Of a DNA stretch of 64,000 bases, positions 56,417 to 64,000 are shown piece after piece. The translations under genes were made by a program, and so were the position numbers. Every line of letters starts with the position of its first letter. The stretch's first letter is position 1. The stretch comes from a virus: positions 48,655 to 112,654 of IMG/VR virus record IMGVR_UViG_3300030117_007745; one strand, 5' to 3'. The notes under the pieces were generated by a model. It saw only the letters and a list, made by a program, of their open reading frames with translations, was not told where the DNA came from and did no database searches.

Positions 56417-57331
56417 TTATCTTTGACCTTTTTTTCTTTTTTTAAGTTCTCTGTCTGTTCCTCCAAAGTCTGAAGGACTTGGATTGTCAAAGTTTACTTT
56501 TCCTGTTGATAGAGCTTTGTTGACTGTATCTTGCGACACACCAGAATCTCCAGCTTGAGGCATAACCTTTTCTCTTGAGAATTTACCTTTTGCTCTTTTG
56601 ATAACAGGAAGGTTACCTGCAATGTATTTTGCTGCTAATGTTTTGTCTGGCTTTTCTATTTTACCAGCTTGAGCAAGAAGTTGCAAAACTTCATCGCTTA
56701 CGTTTTTCATTACAAATTGTGCAACCTGTTCTGGGCTAGCTCCCATGAGGTTTTCTCCCTCGAATGGCTTAGTAACAACTTTATCGGCAGTTGCAGCGAT
56801 TGCAAACTGCATAGCCTTTAAGGCTTCTTCTTCATTTTCTAAGCCCGGGCCTTGTATATTATCTACTTTTACCTTTCCAGTCGGATTGACCATCATTATT
56901 TGAGACCACCTGTGGTGACCATCCAAAACATACTTTCCATTATAAACAAGAATTGGCACTGGGCCTGATTTTGAACTCATTACAATCGGAGACCCATTCA
57001 GTCCCAAGGCTGTTTTTGTAGCATCATACTTATTTTGAACTTGATCTGCTAGGCTATTTCCAAATCCAATTTCAGCTTGTGTAGCGATCAAATCAGATGC
57101 CTGAACCTCTCCTGAAGCCACGGATATCTTTTCGTCTTGAGGGCTTCCATCTGTTTGGCCAGCGGCTGCAACCTTGTCAAAGACAGGATCGTTAGCATAT
57201 TTTTTAAGAATAGCTACGTAAGTTTCTATGGGAGTTGATTCGTCTGCCAATGCGCGGAATACACCTTTATCAGCCTTTTCGTTTAAAACATCTGCGCTAA
57301 ATTTTCTCCAAGATTCCATCAATTCTTTCAT
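56417..57331 (-). CDS. ParB/sulfiredoxin-like domain protein
   Basis: Probable start MKELMESWRKF...VLNE; L.ATQ.EI, PILV, VLDGHHRW. Confidence 0.65.
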   Translation of the reverse strand: MKELMESWRKFSADVLNEKADKGVFRALADESTPIETYVAILKKYANDPVFDKVAAAGQTDGSPQDEKISVASGEVQASDLIATQAEIGFGNSLADQVQNKYDATKTALGLNGSPIVMSSKSGPVPILVYNGKYVLDGHHRWSQIMMVNPTGKVKVDNIQGPGLENEEEALKAMQFAIAATADKVVTKPFEGENLMGASPEQVAQFVMKNVSDEVLQLLAQAGKIEKPDKTLAAKYIAGNLPVIKRAKGKFSREKVMPQAGDSGVSQDTVNKALSTGKVNFDNPSPSDFGGTDRELKKRKKGQR

Positions 57332-57332
57332 T

Positions 57333-57575
57333 TTATTTTTTTTCCTTTCTTTTTGGATCATCGTCTCTTTTTGGAGTGTGACCATGTTCTTTTACGACAA
57401 TCTGCTCAATATCAGATTCGGTTAAGTTGCGAATAACAGTATCGCCAAATTTCATATCATAAACGCCAATCTCGCCGCTTTCGTTAAGAGAATGCCAAAG
57501 AACAGTTCCAATAGCATCTTCTTCGTTGATGCCATATCTTTCTTGTAAAGCTGAACTCAGCTTTCCTTCCTTCAT
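57333..57575 (-). CDS. Hypothetical protein
   Basis: 80-aa ORF in the array. Confidence 0.55.
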   Translation of the reverse strand: MKEGKLSSALQERYGINEEDAIGTVLWHSLNESGEIGVYDMKFGDTVIRNLTESDIEQIVVKEHGHTPKRDDDPKRKEKK

Positions 57576-58268
57576 TCACTTGTGCTTGAGAGTGTCAAGT
57601 TCTTTTTCAAGTTTTTTCTTTCTAGCCTTTTCTGTTTTTGTAAGCTCTTCTGCTATTAAAGACTTAAGATCTCTTCTTGTGATTTTACCTTCTTCCATAC
57701 GAGTCATATAGTTGTAGTTATCGCCTTCACCAGACTGCCATTTATCAAAACCAGACTTCCTAGATGAGCCACGCTCTCCGCTATTCGCATGATCCCTAGC
57801 TTGTTGAGCCCTTCTACTTCTTCGGGCCCGTCTTTCATAGTCTGCTTCTCTTTCTGCTCGCTCCCTTGCTTCTCTCTCAGCCTTTTCAGCAGCTTCTTTG
57901 GCTTCTCTAGCTCCCATTTGTTCCGCATAATCAGCTACATTTTCTAGTTCACTTCTGTACATCCTTACCGTGCTGTCGGTAGCGCTCTGCTGATCTTTTG
58001 TTAAATCTTCATCAGCCAATGCGTCCATATATTCATTATAGTTCGCTTCCATTGCTTTGATTGCTGCTTCTAGCTCTGCGCCTGTTTTCATGTCAAATTG
58101 TGCTCTATACAACCTAGTATTTTCTTTCTCAAATTTATCTGTAAGAGGTTTCCACTTTTTGCTTCCAAAACCCAGCTTCGCTTTCAGCTTACCAAATAAG
58201 CCCTCGTTCTGCGAGTTTTCCAACTCTTCTTTAATTATTTCTTTCAATCTTTGTTTTGTGATTTTCAT
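57576..58268 (-). CDS. Leader-tagged coiled-coil protein with a second internal leader-like copy
   Basis: MKITKQRLKEIIKEE; internal KITRRDLKSLIAEEL at ~57642-57686. Confidence 0.75.
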   Translation of the reverse strand: MKITKQRLKEIIKEELENSQNEGLFGKLKAKLGFGSKKWKPLTDKFEKENTRLYRAQFDMKTGAELEAAIKAMEANYNEYMDALADEDLTKDQQSATDSTVRMYRSELENVADYAEQMGAREAKEAAEKAEREARERAEREADYERRARRSRRAQQARDHANSGERGSSRKSGFDKWQSGEGDNYNYMTRMEEGKITRRDLKSLIAEELTKTEKARKKKLEKELDTLKHK

Positions 58269-58319
58269 CTTAATGTCTCCTGTAACATTATAATTATTAA
58301 CTCGTTTTAGTTTAAGCCC

Positions 58320-58661
58320 TTAAACTTTAAATTGTTTCCAAGCATATTTTTCTCTGTATTCTAAATAGTGTGGATCTGCCTCAAATGAGTACGCTTCTCT
58401 TTCAAACCTGATTGATCTATAGGCGTCATCATAGTTTTTATATTTTATAAATCCATGAACAAAATCCCATAGATAAAGAAAAAGAAATCCAACGACAAAC
58501 AATTCAGCGTATTGAACAATGTGAATTGACTCGTGATTTATTAATCTAGCATCCCCTTCGCCTCTAATAAAAATAAATGGAAATAGAGTTATACCTCCCA
58601 CCTCCATAAACCAACTTAACATTTTTGGTATTCTACTGTTTTTTACAATAATTGGTTTCAT
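58320..58661 (-). CDS. Small membrane-associated HExxH protein
   Basis: ITLFPFIF, NHESIH, FEREAY. Confidence 0.65.
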   Translation of the reverse strand: MKPIIVKNSRIPKMLSWFMEVGGITLFPFIFIRGEGDARLINHESIHIVQYAELFVVGFLFLYLWDFVHGFIKYKNYDDAYRSIRFEREAYSFEADPHYLEYREKYAWKQFKV

Positions 58662-59219
58662 TTAACAAATCCTCTTCCCTTTTAAAAGTTGTTGTAACAT
58701 GTTGCTCTTGCTAAAAAATATAAATGACGTTGCGATCTTATCTTCATCAATTCCTAGTCTTTCGGACCAAGTTTTAGAAGACTTATTTAAGCATAGGGCG
58801 ACGGGCTTAGTGATTAAATCACCTCCTTGGCTGCCTAACAAATGGTTCCAGAGATGGTATTCAAACTCAGTGACTCTGAAACGGTCGGCTATAAGCCCAT
58901 CATTGTTTTTAGAGGCCCACTCAATAGCTATTTTTAACAATAGGGGGCCCCACTCATTATCTGATTCTATAATTTTTGCTATGTAAGCACCCTCACATTC
59001 GCCTTCAAATTCACTTGGCTTTGATATTGTTACATATCCCCAAGGCTTATCTTCGCCTTTTTCTGTGGCAGTGCAAATAGCATCATTAACATAGCGAAAA
59101 GTTCTTCTTCCACCAGCACCCCTCTCTATGCGAACAGCGATATTGGAGGGTAAATCATCAAAAGATTTTACGTTTTTTAATACAATATTCTTGTATACTT
59201 TTTTCTTTTTTCTTGGCAA
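58662..59219 (-). CDS. GNAT-like acetyltransferase (divergent)
   Basis: WGPLLLKIAIEW...GLIADR...LW pattern. Confidence 0.45.
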   Translation of the reverse strand: MPRKKKKVYKNIVLKNVKSFDDLPSNIAVRIERGAGGRRTFRYVNDAICTATEKGEDKPWGYVTISKPSEFEGECEGAYIAKIIESDNEWGPLLLKIAIEWASKNNDGLIADRFRVTEFEYHLWNHLLGSQGGDLITKPVALCLNKSSKTWSERLGIDEDKIATSFIFFSKSNMLQQLLKGKRIC

Positions 59220-59223
59220 GCAT

Positions 59224-60033
59224 TTATTTCCTTAAAAACTCTTTCCAAGTCTTTACAGTCTCAGACAGTTTTATCCTGATTAAGCCATCAGATTGTCTAG
59301 ACATTAACTTGTCATAGGCCATATGCTTAAGGTTACTCAGTTTTTCCAAGTATCCGTTTCTTCTTAGGACTTTAAAAGCGATATTCTCTCCCGAAAACTC
59401 TCCTGCTCTGTCTAGTCCTGTCTTTCTAAACTTGCGTATTTTTTCTTTTAACTTATCAATATATTGGAGGGAATCTGTATATTTTTTATCTTTGTATATT
59501 TTGACTGCTCTATCGATTTGGTCCATGATTCCTTCTGCTTTTTTCGTAATATCATTCCAGTCAAAAGAAGGCTCAACCCTATTTGGTTCTGTAAGCCACT
59601 CATCATTCATCACAGAGTATACTCCGGTTGATGTGTGGGGTTCGTTATCATCTTGCACATAAACTTCAACTTCAAATCCATCAATACGAATGTCATGTAT
59701 TCTGTTCCAAAGAGATTTTTTAGCATTAAAATAGTCTTTAGCTAGATCTGGATCTGCTTCTACTTCTGTATAATCAACGATTAGATGAAGATCAACATCA
59801 GAATATGGAGACCAGTTATAATTTGCGAGAGACCCAGTAAAGGTAATATCTTTTAACTCTGCGTCAATTTCGAGACTGTCATAGAAATCTTTAGCAATCT
59901 CAATAAGACGCTTGCGAATAGACGGTCTCAACTTCTTGCCCAAAGGCCAAAAGTTAGGCTCAAGGGTTTCCTGCGTGTTGAAGGTTCCCCTGAGTTCATC
60001 ATCTATTTCGCTCATTATTTGTTTAATGTTCAT
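59224..60033 (-). CDS. Pol-beta superfamily nucleotidyltransferase
   Basis: FTGSLANY...SDVDLH...EVEVY. Confidence 0.8.
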   Translation of the reverse strand: MNIKQIMSEIDDELRGTFNTQETLEPNFWPLGKKLRPSIRKRLIEIAKDFYDSLEIDAELKDITFTGSLANYNWSPYSDVDLHLIVDYTEVEADPDLAKDYFNAKKSLWNRIHDIRIDGFEVEVYVQDDNEPHTSTGVYSVMNDEWLTEPNRVEPSFDWNDITKKAEGIMDQIDRAVKIYKDKKYTDSLQYIDKLKEKIRKFRKTGLDRAGEFSGENIAFKVLRRNGYLEKLSNLKHMAYDKLMSRQSDGLIRIKLSETVKTWKEFLRK

Positions 60034-60460
60034 TTATTTTTTTACCCTTAGCATATACACGTTGACCATCTGGCCTATCAATATAGGCACCAGCGTGTGC
60101 TGGTTTTTTATCTTTTAGCGTCAAAGGCTCGTCTGGCGCTAAGGACTGTATAGCTTTTTCAATGGCTTTTGATGCCATTCCTACGAGCATATCTGGAATT
60201 TTAGGAGCACCGCCAATTGGCATAAGCTTGTTTTTCATTGGATCGGAAAAGTGTTTTAGATAAAAATAGAGACCTTGATTGCCTAAAGTAACTTTATAAA
60301 CTTTATATGATCTAGGAATCGGTCCTAAATCTAGCAAATCTGGATCCCCCGACATTGCCAATTCAACGTTGGCAATATCACCGAAATCAAATTTTTCATT
60401 GACTGTATTGTCCACTTCCTCTTTAATAATTTGTTTTAATCTTTGTTTTGTAATTTTCAT
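60023..60460 (-). CDS. Leader-tagged protein (MKITKQRLKQIIKEE)
   Basis: Shared leader followed by a VNE junction. Confidence 0.7.
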   Translation of the reverse strand: MKITKQRLKQIIKEEVDNTVNEKFDFGDIANVELAMSGDPDLLDLGPIPRSYKVYKVTLGNQGLYFYLKHFSDPMKNKLMPIGGAPKIPDMLVGMASKAIEKAIQSLAPDEPLTLKDKKPAHAGAYIDRPDGQRVYAKGKKINEH

Positions 60461-61193
60461 TTTTTACTCCTGCGATAATTTTCCATCTATCGTATTGTTT
60501 TGACTCGGCAACCATGGCTAATTCTTCTTCTGGTTCTGCGCTCCCTTGGGCTTGTTCCTTCGCTTCTTCATTCAACCTTTTTAGCACTTCGTCCATAGCT
60601 TGATCAAGATCACGAGTTAGTCTTATGATATCAAGTTCGTTATTCTCTTCTGACTTGATCATTTCTTTCATTTCATCACCAATTGCTCGAACTTTTTCAT
60701 CGACAGAGATGCTGTGCAGAACTAGTCCTATAAAAGTATCTATCTCGTCTTCAGTCATTTCTGTCTTTTCTGCTAACTTAATCTGGAGGGTGTTGACGAA
60801 TTCTTGTACTTGTTCTCCGGGTGTCATATCTATTTTTGCAATTTCCTTATATTTTTCTGGAAAGGCTTTTTTCATAAACTTATCAAATATTTTTCCTAAT
60901 AATTTTCCTCTTTGCCTATACAGATAGATTGCTAAACCAGCCCCAACAAAAGGTGTCCAGAGCGGATAAGTGATTATTGCTGCGATTGAAATTGCGGTGG
61001 TGAAGGCACCGATTCCGAGGACAATGTGTTTTAGGTCTTTTCTTTCGTCGTCGCTAATTCCTTCTACGGAAAAGCGAACTTTTCCTTTTTCACTTGCGTC
61101 AGCGGTAGCTTGCAATTCATCTAAATTCTGCTTTTTCTCTGCTGCTATCTTCTCTGATGTTTCTAGGAACACCTGTAAATTGCTTTTTTTCAT
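60423..61193 (-). CDS. Protein with a central two-TM hairpin and C-terminal RWKIIAG motif
   Basis: Hydrophobic IVLGIGAF...GLAIYLY segment. Confidence 0.65.
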   Translation of the reverse strand: MKKSNLQVFLETSEKIAAEKKQNLDELQATADASEKGKVRFSVEGISDDERKDLKHIVLGIGAFTTAISIAAIITYPLWTPFVGAGLAIYLYRQRGKLLGKIFDKFMKKAFPEKYKEIAKIDMTPGEQVQEFVNTLQIKLAEKTEMTEDEIDTFIGLVLHSISVDEKVRAIGDEMKEMIKSEENNELDIIRLTRDLDQAMDEVLKRLNEEAKEQAQGSAEPEEELAMVAESKQYDRWKIIAGVKNENYKTKIKTNY

Positions 61194-61199
61194 TTTATT

Positions 61200-61571
61200 T
61201 TAATCCTTATTTTCCTCTTCTGGTTCGTCTTGAAACATGTCAACCGTAGAAATTTCTACAGAAACCCTAGGGGCAATTTGTCTAATGAAACCAACAATCG
61301 CCTTTTTAACATTATCTACTGACCCAAATTTACCTTCTTCGGTAGCAGCTATAAGAGCGTCATCGAGAAGTGACATAAACTCAACCACTTCATCTGGGCT
61401 ATTAATTAATTGAAAAAAATAATCCAAGCCCTTTTCAACGTCGAATGATGTATCTTCTCCTTTTTCTTTACTGGTTTTTAAGTTATAGGTAAACTTTTCC
61501 AATCCTTTCTTCTTAGAGGATTCAAATTCTTCCTTGATGATCTGTTTTAATCTTTGTTTTGTAATTTTCAT
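61200..61571 (-). CDS. Leader-tagged protein (MKITKQRLKQIIKEE)
   Basis: Shared leader; ATGA overlap with the upstream gene. Confidence 0.7.
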   Translation of the reverse strand: MKITKQRLKQIIKEEFESSKKKGLEKFTYNLKTSKEKGEDTSFDVEKGLDYFFQLINSPDEVVEFMSLLDDALIAATEEGKFGSVDNVKKAIVGFIRQIAPRVSVEISTVDMFQDEPEEENKD

Positions 61572-64000
61572 TTTAGCTTGATCCTAATTCTTCTTTTTGG
61601 CCTCATCCCGCAATGCTTTTCTCTCAACCCTGACTTGGGTCTTTGGTCTCTCGCTCGCTTGGCAAACTCTGCGTCTTTTAGATCTGCAAATCCGGGGTTG
61701 GTCTCAAATTGTTTTGCTATAGGCACAATCTTACTTGATATCCACTCGCCAACAAAATCTGAGACCTCTTGCCAGTTATCATCTAACCATTTAAAACCAT
61801 TAATATAAGCGTAGTATACCTCTGGGTTTGATTTGCGGACGGCTCGCAGGTCCTTTAGTGGTATTGCATCAAAACCCATCGTTGCTACACCGTATGCTCC
61901 TTCAATCTTTCTATCGCCAATTTCTGATTCAAAAGAATCTTTGTGACTTTGCTTTATTGTATCTATCAAACGAAGTTCAGGTCTGAACCTAAAGTTAGGT
62001 CTAAAGAAATCAACACCCTGCTGCTTCATTATACTCCCATACTCTTCAGCACCCCTGCCTTGTTGAGTGCCCATCTCTGGCTTGTCCTCCAATCCGGGGA
62101 TTTCTATTTGCTTTCTCTTGTCCCTAGTTTTTTCAATAGGGGCTGCTAATTTATCTGTAATGTCTCTTAGGAGATCTCCACGGAGCGGTCTGGATCCAAA
62201 ACGAGTATCCAGCGCATCTTCAAGTTGCTTTACATAGCCATGCTGTCTATTAAAGATTTCTTTTTCCTCATCGGGTATGCTTATACCAACAGCCTGACCA
62301 TCGGGTAGGGCAGGGAAGAACTTTTGCATTTCCTTGAAGTTTCTCATCATATTTGGAATTTCAAAAACAGATGTGCCATAAAGATTTAACTTCCCTTGGT
62401 TAACATCGTATTTCATATACTTGAGGTTTGATAGCATTTCTTTTATGTTGCCTCTGCCTCCTGCTCCTTCATCCTCCAAAGCATTTCGTGGATCAATAGC
62501 AACCCCGTCATCAACAAGGTCGTTAAAGGTCTTTTCTATTGCTTCCTCAAAATGCTGATCGTATCTCTTCATCCTATCCAAGAACTGACGGAAGCCTTCA
62601 AGACCTTCTCTCGGAGATTCGTCATAATCAGGCGTCATACGCAAATAAAATTCATAATCACTACCATCCTGAACTTCATCAACATACATACCAGCAGAGT
62701 CAAATGCGCTTTGGATAAGATCTCTTACCATTTCTCTGTCAGAATACGCTCCATAAGCCTCTTCAAAGTCATCTGTGAGTTCTTTAGAGCCATCTACATT
62801 TTCCACTTCATAACGAAGTTGATCAAAGGGAGCGTCGTCTAGCTGAACACTTATGTTGCCTTCCCAATTCCACTCGTCGTCACCGTAATCATCGTAATAC
62901 ACACTAATATGTTCAAGGTCAGCGTCTTCAACCATTTGTCGGAGTTCTTCTGAACTAAAAGTGCCGGGAGGATCGTCTATTGTGCTTTGGTATGCTTCAT
63001 TAGCAATAAGACTCCAAGTATCCTGTGCTAACTCTATAAACTCCGAAGCGGCTTCTTCACCGTTATACAGCGTTGTATCACCAATTTTTGGAGGATCAAC
63101 TTCATAAGCCAAGTCTCCCTGACCTTGAAGATACTTTATAATATCTTCATAAAGCTTCACATCTTCCTCGTTCATTTCTTCTGGGTCGTCACTTCCTAAA
63201 AAGTCTTCTAATGAGTCGCCGTCCAATAAAGCACCAGCAATCATATCAACAAACTCGTCTTTTAGTGGATAATCAGGATTCTGCTTGATCGCAGGAGCAA
63301 TAAGATTATAAAACAAGATTCTTATAAGTTCATAATCATCAGTATATCCCTCATCTTCCACATCGAAGAACTCTTCAAACTCGCCGTTCTTATCATAGAC
63401 AAGAGCAATCTTTCTGTATTTGGAGTCATCGTTCAAATTTTTGTTGAGGATAAAATAGAAAGCCTTTCCTTGTCTTGTATAGGAATCATAATAATTTTGT
63501 GATCGGGTTGCTGAAATGCACCACTTGGTTTTCTTACCAAAAAAGCATGAGGCTTCTTGTGTTTCAGGGCGAATAATAAAAAAGTCTTCGTCGTCCTGTA
63601 GAATAGAAGCGCCACCAAGGGCCACTTCCTTTTCTTTTCTTTTTTCTTCAGAACTAGATAAACCAATGTCATCGATAAAGTTCTCAAGTTGATCAAGAGT
63701 TCTGAACTGATTAATATCGTTTGGGTATGGAGCTTTGCCTTCTTTCTTTCTATTCTTATTTAGTTGGCTGATTCTTTGCTTGGCTTTGTGAAAGTCAGTA
63801 ACAATAGGAACAATATCAAATATGCGTTCGTTTGCCAAGCCCGGAACATCATAGACACCAGCACCAGAGTCTTTCATTGCTCTTGTCATCCACATCAAGT
63901 AAGCGTTCTTGCCTGATGGGTCACTAGCCGAAAGTTGCTTGATGATTGGCTCGGCTATTTCAGGAAACTTTTTCATAGTATCCTGTAATCTGCCCTCTAT
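61568..64000 (-). CDS. Large acidic protein with N-terminal PcfJ-like domain; frame remains open past the window end
   Basis: DPSGKNAYLMWM, DINQF, ASCFFGKKTKWCISA..NYYDSY; upstream codons IEGRLQDT are stop-free to 64000. Confidence 0.65.
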   Translation of the reverse strand: MEGRLQDTMKKFPEIAEPIIKQLSASDPSGKNAYLMWMTRAMKDSGAGVYDVPGLANERIFDIVPIVTDFHKAKQRISQLNKNRKKEGKAPYPNDINQFRTLDQLENFIDDIGLSSSEEKRKEKEVALGGASILQDDEDFFIIRPETQEASCFFGKKTKWCISATRSQNYYDSYTRQGKAFYFILNKNLNDDSKYRKIALVYDKNGEFEEFFDVEDEGYTDDYELIRILFYNLIAPAIKQNPDYPLKDEFVDMIAGALLDGDSLEDFLGSDDPEEMNEEDVKLYEDIIKYLQGQGDLAYEVDPPKIGDTTLYNGEEAASEFIELAQDTWSLIANEAYQSTIDDPPGTFSSEELRQMVEDADLEHISVYYDDYGDDEWNWEGNISVQLDDAPFDQLRYEVENVDGSKELTDDFEEAYGAYSDREMVRDLIQSAFDSAGMYVDEVQDGSDYEFYLRMTPDYDESPREGLEGFRQFLDRMKRYDQHFEEAIEKTFNDLVDDGVAIDPRNALEDEGAGGRGNIKEMLSNLKYMKYDVNQGKLNLYGTSVFEIPNMMRNFKEMQKFFPALPDGQAVGISIPDEEKEIFNRQHGYVKQLEDALDTRFGSRPLRGDLLRDITDKLAAPIEKTRDKRKQIEIPGLEDKPEMGTQQGRGAEEYGSIMKQQGVDFFRPNFRFRPELRLIDTIKQSHKDSFESEIGDRKIEGAYGVATMGFDAIPLKDLRAVRKSNPEVYYAYINGFKWLDDNWQEVSDFVGEWISSKIVPIAKQFETNPGFADLKDAEFAKRARDQRPKSGLREKHCGMRPKRRIRIKLK

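Larger units (their letters stand above)
56148..61571 (-). repeat. Dispersed 45-bp N-terminal coding repeat, five copies (56148-56192, 56372-56416, 58224-58268, 60416-60460, 61527-61571)
   Basis: RTGAAAATYACAAARCAAAGATTR... at five gene starts; differences are mostly synonymous or E/Q/K conservative. Confidence 0.9.

Noticed and set aside
56148-61571. 45-bp repeats as a CRISPR array, integron attC sites or DGR repeats
   Set aside because: They are in-frame gene starts with synonymous variation and irregular spacing, are not palindromic, and no integrase or reverse transcriptase is present.

Overview
AT-rich, gene-dense fragment of a very large tailed (jumbo/huge, T4-like myovirus-type) phage genome, coded almost entirely on the minus strand in the standard genetic code. 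In window order it contains: (i) baseplate/tail-type genes, including a >1,197-aa ORF absent from the supplied track, and a gp55-like late sigma factor (1-7.7 kb); (ii) a ~27-kb, ~30-gene nucleotide-sugar and glycosyltransferase cluster with no export or polymerase genes (7.7-34.5 kb); (iii) an accessory block with a Cas4-like nuclease, PIN-PhoH, ClpP, trypsin-like lipoprotein, CxxCH cytochrome c-like protein, tubulin/FtsZ homologue, three tRNAs (Ile2-CAU, Leu-UAA, Arg-UCU), a tmRNA, an unidentified structured RNA and a GH25 endolysin (34.5-46 kb); (iv) purA, a myxobacterial-type Cys-repeat/vWA lipoprotein, and an array of unrelated modular proteins (46-64 kb). Five genes in that array share a 15-aa N-terminal leader (MKITKQRLK[E/Q]IIKEE), and many carry (I/L/V)-x-E junctions. 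The leading hypothesis is a capsid-targeting, protease-processed cargo system. A recurring ACTA[T/G]TTA motif upstream of genes is a candidate late promoter. All family assignments come from motif recognition by eye; no searches were run.
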